A stretch of 64,000 nucleotides of DNA from Mobula birostris (Eukaryota), in assembly GCF_030028105.1 (NCBI RefSeq), contig NC_092387.1, positions 44,525,590 to 44,589,589 of the forward strand, given 5' to 3'. The translations under genes were made by a program, and so were the position numbers. This document shows, one piece after another, positions 13,833-26,334 of this stretch. Numbering within the stretch: the stretch's first letter is position 1; each line of letters starts with the position of its first letter. Under the pieces are notes generated by a model. It saw only the letters and a program-made list of their open reading frames with translations. It was not told the origin of the DNA and ran no database searches.

Positions 13833-14390
13833 CTGGAGTATAGAAACAGATTGGTTTGCATTTACATGTTTGTATTCAAGCTCAGTCCTTTTCAGAAAAA
13901 TTACAATCACCATTTTTTAGAAAATTAACACAAGTGAAACGTATTAAATAACCATAGAGTGAGTGGAAAAGAATAAACACAATTTCATTCATACTATCCC
14001 TAGGGATCTTCTGTGCTGTACCTTATAGGAAGGATAATTTTTGTTTCAACGTAAATAACTGCATAACACAGGGAACCTGTAATTATCAGTTGACTGATGA
14101 GAAAATTGTTTCAGAGGGATAGAAACATGTTTTTAATCCCAGGATTACTTGGTCTGACTTTGTTTTAAAATATAATTTTTTCTTGAAGAAAGTTAGGCCC
14201 AAGGTGTTGTTGTGGCTTGTCTGAAAGCTGGCAAAGCAGATTTACTGTAGTTGGGTGAATTTTAAATTTTACTGTTTATTATTGCAATAGTACTTCAAAA
14301 CAAAGTTGGTAATATGATTAAAGATCAGTTTCTGAAATTTAAAGGTAAATTACTTAATTAAAAATAACTAAGTGTTTTCATCTTATAATG

Positions 14391-14580
14391 CAGGGATCAG
14401 CAACCTTTTTGCCTCTGTGGGCTGGATCGCGTATTAATGAGCGGACGGTGGGCCAGATAAATGCCATAAAAACTTGAAATATGGGAAATATCCACTTAAA
14501 TACATCTAGTTATGTTTTGCCTCAAATTAATGAATAACACATGCTAGAAAATCATTTGTACTTAAGGTTGCCTACCCCTG
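14391..14580. mobile_element. hAT-type MITE
   Basis: TIRs cagggatcagcaacctt / aaggttgcctacccctg; perfect 8-bp TSD ttataatg at 14383-14390 and 14581-14588. Confidence 0.9.
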
Positions 14581-15119
14581 TTATAATGGAATGTGGTTGA
14601 GATTTCTTTGAGTGTTTATTTCCAACTTTGGAATTTTCCTGTTAGTGAAATGAGAAATCAGGCACTAGCACTAAAATTTCAGTCAGTGTTCAGGTGATTG
14701 CATGAGATGAAAACAGAGGAGCTGCACATTGTTTAAGTAGCAAATTATGAGTAAAGCTATTTATTAACTGCATTCTCCTTTTGGTATCTTGTGTCTAGAC
14801 AGTATTAATTTTCATCTCACCTTTCCATTCCATGACCTGTGGAACTCTGGTTCTATACTTCATTACTACTGCTTCCCGAGTCACACTGTAGAAGGTATTG
14901 GTGGTTTGGGGGGAAAATATCAGCATTTCACTTGGCAAACTGGAGAATGTAAATTTTGATTTATTTAATTTTTAATAATCTTTAATTTTTTTAATATGGT
15001 AATTACAGCTCTGTAGAGCACATATACAATTTGCTGCTCGGCTGTCAAAAAACTTTAGTTTGTTGATCTGTGCAATTTCATTACAACTGTGCAGCATATT
15101 GGTCTTGGAGTTGCATCGT

Positions 15120-16260
15120 AAATGGGATCCCAACACCAAGCACATCTTTCCCTGCCCCCCACGTTATCCTTAACACAGGGATCACTCCTTACACGACTCC
15201 TTTGTCCATTCGTTCCTCCCCACTGATCTCCCTCCTAGCACTTATCCTTGCAAACGGAATAAGTGCTATATTTGTGCTCGTACACCTCCTCTGTCACTGC
15301 CATTCAGAGCTCTAAACAATCTTTCCAGATGAGGCAACAGTTCACCTGTGAGTCTGTTGGGGTCATTTTCTGTATCCATTGCTCCTAGTGTGGCCTCCTG
15401 TTTGTCAGTAAGGCCTGACATAGATTGAGAGACAGCGGGATCTCCCAGCAGCCACCCATTTTAATTCCACTTCCCATTCCCATTCCGATATGTGAATTCA
15501 TGGCCTCCTCTACTGTTGTGATGAGGCCACACTGAGGTTGGAGGAACAACACCTTATATTCCGTCTGGGTAGCCTCCAACCTAATGGCATGAACATCAAC
15601 ACAGAATAATCTGCAGATGCTGGGGTTAAAGCAACACTCACAACACGCTGGAGGAACTCAGCAGGTCAGGCAGCATCTGTGGAAAAGATCGGTCGTCGTT
15701 TTGGGCCGGAACCCTTCCTGGCGAAGGGTTCTGGCCCGAAACATTGACCGATCTTTTCCACGGATGCTGCCCGACCTACTGAGTTCCTCCAGCGTGTTGT
15801 GAGTGTTGGCATGAACATCGATTTCTCAAACTTATGGCAATGCCCTCTTCTCCCCTCCCCTCACCTTCACTTTTTCCCCCTCTTTCATCTTATCTCCTTG
15901 CCCAGCATCGTCTCCCTCAGGTGCTTATCCCCCTTTACTTTCTTCCATGGCCTTCTGTCCTTTTCTATCAAGACCACCCCCCTTCTCCAGGCCTGTATCT
16001 CCTTCACCAATTAACTTCCCAGCACTTTACTTCATCCCTCTGCTTTCAGCTTCACCTATCACCTTGTGTTTATCTCTCCCCTCCCCCCACCTTTAAAATC
16101 TATTCTTCAGCTTTTTTCCTCCAGTCCTGCTGAAGGGTGTCGGCCTGAAAAGTCAATTGTACTCTTTTCCATAGATGCATCTTGTCCTGCTGAGTTCCCC
16201 CAGCATTTTCTGTGTGTTGCTTGGATTTCCAGCCTCTGCAGATTTTCTCTTGTTTGTTAT
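15120..16260 (+). mobile_element. Penelope-like element 3' portion (decayed GIY-YIG region and terminal repeat) hosting a fold-back insertion
   Basis: Homologous to the - strand copy at 43743-44762; decayed hammerhead near 16122-16160 (ctgctgaagggtgtcggcctgaaa). Confidence 0.85.
15598..15808. mobile_element. Fold-back mini-element derived from a Penelope terminus
   Basis: Inverted arms 15632-15717 and 15723-15808; duplication tggcatgaacatc at 15585-15597 and 15807-15819. Confidence 0.85.
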
Positions 16261-16761
16261 AAAATATACTACTCCTTTTATATAAGTATTTCCAAATGAG
16301 TATCCAACTATATTTTAAATAAAATAGTACATTTCCATTCCTGGCAAACTTTTCCCAAAAGTAAAGAATAATAATTCATTGAGGGCAATTTGGAAAATAC
16401 TTCTAATAAGTCAATATCACCCAGGACCAGAATATGTTTAAGATGCAACTCCAAGACCAATATCCTGCACAGTTGAAATGAAATTGCACAGAATTATTTT
16501 GTGTGTGTTACTATATTTTCTAAATGAAGTTATCATCTTTCCTTCTGATTTAACTGTTTGCTTTATACTTCCACACACTTGAGGAAAAAGAAGGCAAAAA
16601 ATGAGAAACTACATCATTACTCTGCCAGGCTAAAACCAAAACAAGCTAAAGTCCATTACCAGCGTGGCCAACAAGAGTGAAAGGGAGGATTTTGACCTCT
16701 GATGTTCTATTTGAAGCAAATGGCTAAATTTCTTGCCTCAGCCAATGAGTACCAAGGATTT

Positions 16762-16970
16762 AAACACGAGGAATTCTGCAGATGCTGGAAATTCAAGCAA
16801 CACACATCAAAGTTGCTGGTGAACGCAGCAGGCCAGGCAGCATCTCTAGGAAGAGGTACAGTCGACGTTTCGGGCCGAGACCCTTCGTCGACGCTTGACT
16901 TGAAACGTCGACTGTACCTCTTCCTAGAGATGCTGCCTGGCCTGCTGCGTTCACCAGCAACTTTGATGTG
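16762..16970. mobile_element. Young fold-back mini-element derived from a Penelope terminus
   Basis: 69-bp perfect inverted arms 16803-16871 and 16902-16970; TSD tgagtaccaag(g/a)att at 16746-16760 and 16969-16983. Confidence 0.9.
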
Positions 16971-17119
16971 AGTACCAAGAATTGTTGATTTTCTTTTTAA
17001 AAGGCAGTGAAAATTTTATCTTTATAGTATCTGGAAAAAGTCAAACTAAAATTGTAACAATTTCTTGAGATTTATCGTGCTTCATAGAGGCTGGAACTTG
17101 GGACTCAGAGGTTGGAGGA

Positions 17120-17235
17120 ACGTCCCAAATGTTGACTGTATTTTTTTTTCCATAGATGCTACCTGGCCTGCTGAGTTCCTCCAGCATTTTATGTGTGTTG
17201 CTCAGATTTCCAGCATCTGCAGATTTTTGCTTGCT
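17120..17235 (+). mobile_element. Short Penelope-terminus fragment
   Basis: aaatgttgactgta...gatgctacctggcctgctgagttcctccagc...ttccagcatctgcag matches the family 3' end. Confidence 0.75.
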
Positions 17236-17585
17236 TGGGGACTGTCCCATTAATTGCTTCCAGTAATTGTTTTTAGTTCTGTGCAGAATCATTTTAGATC
17301 AAAAGTTAGATCTATACTGACCAGGAATTTGTGAGAAACTGGAGCAAAGAGACCAAACAATGTGATATTTGCAGATGGTTAAATATATAATACAACTAAC
17401 TCCTTAATTTAGAAAACAGAAAGGGCTGCAATTTTCTCTCCCACTAGAACTGCAAAGATGGGTAAAACATGAAAAGATAATAAAATTGCATCTTTACAAT
17501 GTTACTTGCTTTGACTAATTTAATTTATTGGATAATTTCCAAAAAATAATGATTGACTGTATGAAGAGTAACCTTCATGGTATTA

Positions 17586-17708
17586 GCCTGCTGCGTTCAC
17601 AAGCAACTTTGATGTGTGTTGCTTGAATTTCCAGCGGCCTGCTGCGTTCACCAGCAACTTTGATGTGTGTTGCTTGAATTTCCAGCATCTGCAGAATTCC
17701 TGTTGTTT
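17586..17708 (+). mobile_element. Penelope-terminus fragment as a partial tandem repeat
   Basis: About 50-bp unit gcctgctgcgttcac...ttccagc repeated directly; TSD tggtattagc at 17578-17587 and 17708-17717. Confidence 0.85.
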
Positions 17709-18367
17709 GGTATTAGCTGTGCCTGTTTTTTTAAACCAAGTGAAACATTGGGAAGGTGTGGAAGGTGTTACTGAACTAACAATGTAAGGAAGTTGAATTG
17801 TTGTAAAAATAATACAGTTGGTGCATTATGAATATAAATGATTGTTGAATTCTCTTCACCTGTCACTTTGTGGTTTTTGTGTTCATGATGCTTTGATGTT
17901 TGTGTCCCCTTTTGTTTTTGCAAGAGTCATCTGGTGTTGCCATAGTATCTGGCATTGCTATTGGTAAGCATGCATAGGTGTATTATTCTTGGTGTAACTG
18001 GTATCGTCAACTATTATAAATGATGACCTCACCATAGAGTGATTGCCATCTCTCTGCTCTAATGCCTGAGTCATTTGTGTTTAAGTGTTTAATTGTTTTC
18101 TGTGGAGGCTGACCTCCTTGCAGGAAGTGTGAGTAATACATTGTTTTTCATTTCATTGGATAATGAAGCACTATTGTTCCGGTAAAAATTTCAATGGGTT
18201 TTGAATTGTTCGTGTATTTTTGATTGATACGGGATACTTCACAGTAAGCACCGAAGAATGTAAGAAGTGTAACTGTATGCATTCATCTGTGGAATCTCCT
18301 GAAGCTAATCTCATTTAATCATTAAGCTTGGGCACAATCTAATTGTATTTTTCTCCTTTGTTTCCAG

Positions 18368-19162
18368 ATTTTTGTCTGATAAGTGACAGCTGAACTGAAC
18401 AATTTAGCAGAAGAACGAACCACTGGGTAAGAGGGAGACTGCTCAGCGTGTGCTTACAGAGCCCATGTAAGCTTCAAATACTTGATTAATGGTCGAGAAA
18501 AGGATTAAGTAATATTTTGGAGTTTCTGGCTGCTGATTCAAAACAGCGTGTTCATAGCCGTCTTATCAAGGAAGCTTAATCAAAAGCAGCATGCTGAACA
18601 ACTAGGAAAACATGATGCAACAGTTAATGAACTGCTCTAGCAGAAGCTGACGTGTTCGCATTTTTCAGAGATCTCCGTGCTGCTTTACAATATTTGAAGA
18701 ATTCTGCACTAAACTCTTGAGTTCAGTATAATTATGACTTCTCTTAGACTTTCAGTTACTGCTAAGTGATGGAAATCTGCACTTTAAGATTGTGAGTTAA
18801 ATTCTGCTGATCGTGTTGTGAAAGGTTGGGCGCTTTTATGTGAGTCTAAAACATTGGAGCTGGATTCACGACTCAGATCAATTGCTTATGGAATTATACA
18901 GAAAGTTTCTAATACATTACTCCCAGACAAATTGAAGCTATTCTAGACACTATTTTAAGACATGTTGGAGCAAAAGGAAAAAGTACTTTGTACTGGTGTT
19001 TGGCTGCCGTCCTGCAATGGAATTTTGAGAAACGGGTACTTGTGGCCAGCCGCTTAATGACCATTCATGGGACCTCCTGATCGAAGTCAACTTTGTACTT
19101 TATAATCTGATGTGAGATGATCTGCCACACGTAGCAGCCGAGTGTGAAAGTTTTCAGCCAAG
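18368..19162 (+). promoter_or_regulatory. USP54: Probable USP54 5' UTR part of the first coding exon, containing uORFs
   Basis: Strong acceptor tttttctcctttgtttccag ending 18367; repeat-free sequence up to ATG 19163. The exon start is inferred; a donor-like gtaag after 18426 could split it. Confidence 0.5.
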
Positions 19163-19306
19163 ATGTCCTGGAGGAAGAATTATTTCACACCAAACAATAA
19201 TCTGCAGGGGATGTTTATGCCCCGGAGCACAACTTCTATTGCAGCAAGTAAGGGACTAATGAATGAACCTGGGCAAAACAGCTGCTTTCTCAATAGTGCG
19301 TTACAA
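19163..19306 (+). CDS. USP54: Ubiquitin-specific peptidase 54, coding exon 1 (Cys-box)
   Basis: [48 protein letters not shown] then gtaagt; matches the vertebrate USP54 N-terminus (MSWKRNYF...[19 protein letters not shown]) as I recall it. Confidence 0.95.
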
Positions 19307-19719
19307 GTAAGTAGCTGTTATTGTGCATAACTAACACTGCAAGATAGATACATAATCAATTGATCACCTTTTTAGTTTTAATTTTTACTAGGTTAATTTA
19401 TTTTTGTTATCACCTCTTTCACTATAAAAAATAAAGAATGACTTTTTCCTTCATGCATGTCAGACCTTTGCTATTATTGTACTATGTTCTTATACTTCAT
19501 TATCCAAATATGTGCTCAGATACTTTGAGAAAATCCCAGTATAAAGGAAAATTCTTGTCTTAAAATTCAAATTGCAATTGCAACTAATGTGTTCACTTTT
19601 TAAGTCTTCTTGATTAAGCTTTGGTTTAAATTTTGGTTTTGATCATTCTCAGCCATCAATCTGAGCCTTGCATGTCCTCAGTGACTAAGTATTTGTGATC
19701 TTCAATGAAAGATAGCCAA

Positions 19720-20085
19720 AGTTCAAAGTGAATTTATTATCAAAGTACATACATATCACCATATATAACGCTGAGATTCATTTTCTTGTGGGCTTTCGCA
19801 ATAAATATGAAGAAATACAATAAAATCAGTGAAAGACCACATAGAACAAGTTATCCCCTCTGGTTCAAAAGCCCAGTAATTGAGGGGTAATAACTGGTCC
19901 TGAATCTGGGGTGGTTTGGGTCCTGAGGGTCCTGTACCTCTTTCCTGATGGCAGCAGCGAGAAGAGAACATGGCCTAGATGGTGGGGATTCTTGATGATG
20001 GATGCTTGCGACAACACTCCATGTAGATGTGCTCATTGGTGGGGAGGGCTATACCTGTGCTGGACTGGGCTGTATCTACTACTTT
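19720..20085 (-). mobile_element. Rex1-type LINE 3' fragment
   Basis: Reverse strand: ASIIKNPHHLGHVLFSLLPSGKRYRTL; tail aagttcaaagtgaatttattatc. Confidence 0.75.
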
Positions 20086-20471
20086 GTGATAAATAACACT
20101 CTGAATAAAGGATATTTTTTCACATTACACTCCTAATTTGCTGACTCCTGAATGTTGACACCATTACCTATCCCAGAGGCAGCAGCTTATTCGTTTCAAG
20201 CGTACGGATACTTCTGATGTGTGATGTTCTCGCCCCACAGTCATCTTTTGGGTGGGAAGGGGTTTGGAACTCATTTTATGGTTGTGCTATCAAAATCAGA
20301 TCTAAAGAAGGGTATACAAGAACAGCTACAAAAGGTACCAGAGTGAGAAGATGATACAGTTGGAACTATAGGAACACTCAACGTTGCTCAATTAAACCAA
20401 ATAGCTTAAAGGAACCTGTAGTGGAAATCCATAAAATAATGTTGAATTTTTAACAAAGGATTGAAGTGCCA

Positions 20472-21110
20472 TACATGAGGAATTCTGCAGATGCTGGAAA
20501 TTCAAGCAACACACATCAATGTTGCTGGTGAATGCAGCAGGCCAGGCAGCATCTCTAGGAAGAGGTACAGTCGACGTTTCGGGCCAAGACCCTTCGTCAG
20601 GACTAACTGAAGGAAGAGCCAGTAAGAGATTTGAAAGGAGGAGGGGGAGATCCAAAATGATAGGAGACGACAGGAGGGGGAGGGATGGAGCCAAGAGCTG
20701 GACAGGTGATTGGCAAAAGGGATATGAGAGGATCATGGGACAGGAGGCCCAGGGAGAAGGAAAGGGGGTGGGGGGGAAACCCAGAGGATGGGCAACGGGT
20801 ATAGTCAGAGGGATAGAGGGAGAAAAAGGAGAGAGAGAGAGAGAGAGAGAGAAAGAATGTGTGTATATAAATAAATAACGGATGGGGTACGAGGGGGAGG
20901 TGGGGCATTAGCGGAAGTTAGAGAAATCAATGTTCATGCCATTAGGTTGGAGACTACCCAGACGGAATATAAGGTGTTGTTCCTCCAATCTGAGTGTGGC
21001 TTCATCTTTACAGTAGAGGAGGCCGTGGATAGACATATCAGAAAGGGAATGGGATGTGGAATTAAAATGTGTGGCCACTGGGAGATCCTGCTTTCTCTGG
21101 CGGACAGAGT
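20472..21110 (-). mobile_element. Penelope-like element 3' fragment (young)
   Basis: End of GIY-YIG ORF (VATHFNS...LEEQHLIFRLGSLQ) plus terminal region; possible TSD agtgcca at 20465-20471 and 21108-21114. Confidence 0.9.
20568..20605 (-). ncRNA. Minimal type-I hammerhead ribozyme motif with intact core
   Basis: - strand UAGUC-CUGACGA-A-GGGUCUUGGCCC-GAAA-CG-UC-GACUG: stem I, core boxes, stem II, palindromic ACGU in place of stem III, GUC cleavage triplet. Confidence 0.8.
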
Positions 21111-22742
21111 GCCAACATTGGTTCTGTGGCCAGTAGAATTTTTTTCATCACTTCCTGAGTACAATGTGTAATTGTTGAAATAGCTTCACTCAGTGGTGTT
21201 AAGTGGGTGTATAATAAACAATTGAAGCAGGAATAATTGAAAACAACCAAACTCAGCAAAAAGGTGGGATGAGAGATCCATATCAAGCCAGCAATAGTGT
21301 CCAGTATTGGCAAGAATTGTTTTGTTTTTTGTTTTGTGCTTGGGTTTCCCTGCGAATTAGCAATCCTAGGTATGATTTTATTGATTTTATTCATCTGTTC
21401 TGATCCTTTCCTGTTCAGCATCCTGGAACATGCTTTAAAGGTGCCATTTAAGTGCACTTTGCAGGTTAATATTTAACTAATGTAAACCCTATTTGTATGT
21501 CTTGGGGGGAGGAGCTTGACTGAACTGGTGATGGAAAATCCACTTTAAGGAGGGGCTACTAGAGTCACTAGGAAATGTTACTAAAATTGTGCAGAACTGG
21601 ATTTTTAAAGTAGTAGATGAGACAAAATTGAGTGGAAAATTAAAAAAAAAATCATGGTAAGCTTTTACAGTGGTGGCGCTGTTTTGTCTATCCAGACATG
21701 GAGAATATTTGATGAAATTTATGTCTTAACTTTTTTCAACTCTGGAAGTGTTCTGGGGAGCCACTGGCAGAATACCCAGAACTGTGACCTTTTTCCTGAA
21801 GCACTATTACTTCTGAAATTTAATACATGTTACTACATTCATATTTTCATCACATAATTTCCTTTAAAGAATATGATTTAAAGATACCATTGCTGGTGTA
21901 TAAAATAAATGCATTTCATTCTTGGTAGATCTGCAAAATAGCAGGGTGATGTATGTTCAGTGTTTTAATCTAAAAAAAATCTGTTAATATATTGAATAAG
22001 ACAGACAAAATGAAGTGAATACTAAATGTGCCAAGAACCCTTCCTCTCCTTATCATTTCTCTATTCAATTATATTCTAGATTTTTAACCGTGAATGCAAG
22101 CGAATGCTGGTGCAATGCAATCTGTTTTATCTAAACAGTTAATGTTTTAGAATTTGAGTTAAATTTATTGCTGAGCTCACTGCTTGAAATGTAAGAAAAA
22201 AAATCAAACTTGGAATAGTGTTCAGGATTAGAAGTGAATATTTTTCTTATTACAAGTGACAAAAAATTTAAGGAGAATTTAATAAGTTTGTTTGAATTGT
22301 CAAGATTCAAGTAGACAGCATGCCATAGAGAATATAAGTCTTTGGTTAAGGTCAGAAATCAGTATGTTAAATATCATATTTAGCTTGTCTGAGTGGGTTG
22401 TTGTATTTTGGAAAGGAATGAATTCAGAAATGTTGATGGTTAATAGAAAATTTAGGGCATAGCAGTGTTTTCCTGAAATAACCACTTTCTCATCCAGAAT
22501 GCTGTATAAGATCTTTCATATTTCTGAAGACAAGATATGATTCTTTGGCAAATATTAGCATAGATTTAACAGGCTCTGCAAAGTAGCTTTTTATTTTGCA
22601 AACATGAGAGGGTTGTTCAGTTGAAAGCAAACAATTACTTCAAGCTATATATCTGTATTTAATTAAAATGTTTCATTAATTAAAAAAATAATATTTAAAA
22701 CGTCATTGAAAGCCACTTACTTTCAAATATCTTCCTCCATAG

Positions 22743-22835
22743 GTTCTTTGGCACCTTGATATTTTTCGAAGGAGTTTCAGGCAGTTGACTACTCACAAAT
22801 GTATGGGAGATTCCTGCATCTTCTGTGCTCTCAAG
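22743..22835 (+). CDS. USP54: USP54 coding exon 2
   Basis: ag|[31 protein letters not shown]|gtaag; 93 nt, phase 0/0. Confidence 0.96.
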
Positions 22836-23634
22836 GTAAGAGCTTTGCACAGTACTAATTTATTGTATTTTTTTGTAATATTATTTTGAAATTCTTAACC
22901 ACTGTTGTTTGTTTTATTTTATAACCATGATTTATTATGTTCTGTTGCACATTTAGAAAACTACTCCTCTGTAGTTGTTGGTCTAACAGGTGTTTTGAAC
23001 AGCTAACAAAGGGATGCCTGATTGGCTAAATTGGTGAACTTGGGACATAACCTATTATCAAGGCCATCACCTTGTCATCTTTGGTCTAGGAACTATGTTG
23101 CTCTCTGTAAAATGCTTGGAAGTCTGCCATTAGAGTGGATTCTGGTTAATTGGACCATCATTTAATCGTGGCAGCTGCTTACTTGGGACAATTCTTAAAG
23201 AACAAAAATTAATCAAGAAAATAGTTGGAATTCACTTTGTTTATTTGGGATATTGTGGCACTTAATTGGGACAGGGGACTGTTGCCAAACAGTTTCTAAC
23301 TGGTATCAGTCATGTGCGCCTGTGTGGCTGTAATATGTCATACTGTGCTTAGGTCGAACACTTTTTAAATTGGGTCAGTTGCGAGAGTTTGTATTCAAAA
23401 AGCAGTGTTTTTTGTCACTGATAATTGATTTAAAAAAAATAAGCAGTAAGCCAGTTCAGAATTGATTTGCTCACTGTGGTTTCAAGCACTGAGGCTTGAA
23501 GATGCCAGAAATAACTGGGAGTGAAAATTAAACTATTTTTTGACTTTTAACAAGTTAGGAACTATGAAGAATTTGAAGGTTTCAACCATCACCTTGTTTT
23601 TTTACAATGAAATTGAAGATTTGGAGGATGCCAT

Positions 23635-26267
23635 TGTTGATATCAGTATGGAATGGTGCAAGAACTCTGTGCTGGTTTCCAGATACTGTTCATCGCTAGT
23701 GGACTTTGTGACTGTTAAATGCAGACCATTTTATTTACCACGGGATTTTACCACTGTCCTTATAGTCGGTGTCTACATTCCCCCCAGATCTAGTGCTAAG
23801 GAGGTGCTCTGTGAACTGTATGAGGCTATTAGTGAACTGCAAAACGCACACCCTGATGGACTGTTTATTGTCGCCAGAGATTTTAACCACGCAAACCTTA
23901 AGTCAGTGCTCCCCAGATTCCATCAGTATGTGGACTTTGCAACAAGAGGGGAGAACGCGTTGGACCTTGTTTACACAAACATTCCCGACATTTACTGGGT
24001 GGAGTCCCGCCCCCACCTCGGTTACTCAGACCACATCTCTGTTATGCTGATCCCAGCATACAGACCGCTTGTCAGGTGCTCCAGACCAGTTCGGAAGCAG
24101 GTGAAAACCTGGCCAGCAGAAGCCATCTCTACTCTTCAAGACTGCTTTGAGCAAACTGACTGGAACATGTTCAGGGAGGCTGTAACCAATGGTGACTCTA
24201 CCAACTTAGAGGAGTACACGGCATCAGTGACTAGCTACATCAGCAAGTGCATTGATGACGTCACTGTGGCCAAGACCATCACTACACGCGCTAACCAGAA
24301 GCCATGGATGACTGCAGAGGTGCGTGCGCTGCTGAGGACCTGTGACTCTGCCTTCAGAGCAAGTGACAAGGCAGCCCTAACAACAGTGAGGGCTAAACTA
24401 TCCTGGGCCATCAGAGAGGCAAAGCATGCACACGCCCAGTGAATCCACAGCCACTTCCAGGACAACGGTGACACGCGGCGCATGTGGAAGGGCATTCAGG
24501 ACATCACCAACTACAAGACAACATCACCTGCCTGTGCTGGTGATCCTCCCTCCCAGATGCGTTGAACAACTTCTACGCTCGTTTTGAGGCGGAAAATGAC
24601 GTTGCGGCAAGGAAGACCACCCCTCCTCCAAACGACCAGGTGCTGTGTGTTACCATGGCCGATATGAGGAGAACCCTGTGCAGGGTCAACTCACGTCCTG
24701 CCAGAGTGCTTAGAGGATGTGCAGACCAACTAGCAGAGATTCTCACTGACATCTTCAACATCTCACTGAGCAGCGCCGTTGTTCCTACGTGCTTCAAGGC
24801 CGCCACCATCGTCCCGTGCCGAAGAAGTCTTCAGTGTCCTGTCTCAACGACTACCGTCCCGTCGCACTTACATTCATCATCATGAAGTGTTTCGAGAAGC
24901 TCATCATGAGGCACATCAAGACCTTGCTGCCCCCCTCACTGGACCCCTGCAGTTCGCGTACCGTCCCAATCGTTCAACAGACCACGCCATTGCCATCACC
25001 CTCCACCTGGCCCTAACCCACCTGGACAAAAAGACACGTACGTCCGAATGCTGCTCATAGGTTTCAGTTCAGCATTCAACACAATCATTCCTCAGAAACT
25101 GATTGGAAAACTGAGCCTACTGGGCCTGAACACCTCCCTCTGCAACTGGATCCTAGATTTCCTGACTAGGAGACCTTAGTCAGTCCGGATTGGAAGCAGT
25201 ATCTCCAACACCATCACACTGAGCATGGGGGCCCCCCAGGGCTGTGTTCTCAGTCCACTGCTGTTCACTCTGCTGACCCACGCCTGTGCTGCAACACACA
25301 GCTGGAACCACATCATCAAGTTCGCCAATGACACGACCATGGTGGGTCTCATCAGCAAGAACGATGAGTCAGCATACAGAGAGGAGGTGCAGCAGCCAAC
25401 GGACTGGTGCAGAGCCAACAACCTGTCTCTGAATGTGAACAAAACAAAAGAGATAGTTGTTGACTTCAGGAGGACATGGAGCAACCACTCTCTGCTGAGC
25501 ATCGACGACTTCTCCGTAGAGATCGTAAAGAGCACCAAATTTCTTGGTGTTCACCTGGCGGAGAATCTCACCTGGTCCCTCAACACTAGCTCCATAGCAA
25601 AGAAAGCCCAGCAGCAGCTCTACTTTCTGCGAAGGCTGAGAAAGGTCCATCTCCCACCCCCATCCTCACCACATTCTACAGAGGTTGTATTGAGAGCATC
25701 CTGAGCAGCTGCATCACTGCCTGGTTCAGGAATTGCACCATCTCGGATCGCAAGACCCTGCAGCGGATAGTGAGGTCAGCTGAGAAGATCATTGGGGTCT
25801 CTCTTCCCGCCATTGCAGACATTTGCACCACATGCTGCATCCGTAAAGCAAACAGCATTATGAGGACCCCATGCACCCCTCATACAAACTCTTCTCTCTC
25901 CTGCCATCTGGCAAAAGGCACTGAAGCATTCGGGCTCTCACGACCTGACTATGTAACAGTTTATTCCCCCAAACCATCAGACTCCTCAATACCCAGAGCC
26001 TGGACTGACACCAACCTACTGCCCTCTACATTGCTTATTGTCTTGTTTATTATTTATTGTAATACTTGCACTGTTTTGTGCATTTTATGCAGTCCTGGGT
26101 AGATCTGTAGTCTAGTGTAGTTTTGTGTTGTTTTACATAGTTCAGTGTAGTTTTTGTATTGTTTCATGTAGCACCATGGTCTTGAAAAACGTTGTCTTGT
26201 TTTTACTGTGTACTATACCAGCAGTTATGGTCGAAATGACAATAAAAAGTGACTTGACTTGACTTGA
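23635..26267 (+). mobile_element. Rex1/Babar LINE, about 2.6 kb, partial APE endonuclease plus RT, disrupted
   Basis: [29 protein letters not shown]; [32 protein letters not shown]; (gactt)n tail. Confidence 0.92.
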
Positions 26268-26334
26268 AGGTGTTGAATGAAGGCAGTCCATTATCTGCAC
26301 GTGGTGTCTACGCTGATTTTGTTCTTTTGGTGGT

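Noticed and set aside
16702-16978. Near-identical peptides on both strands (SKLLVNAAGQAASLGRGTVDVS)
   Set aside because: A consequence of the palindromic Penelope terminus, not a gene.
20823-20855. (GA)n tract and other microsatellites such as (tatc)n at ~55910
   Set aside because: Ordinary simple repeats inside Penelope termini.
23540-24442. 300-aa ORF as a host or fusion gene
   Set aside because: Rex1 endonuclease-linker sequence read in from a flanking DNA element; downstream RT is disrupted.
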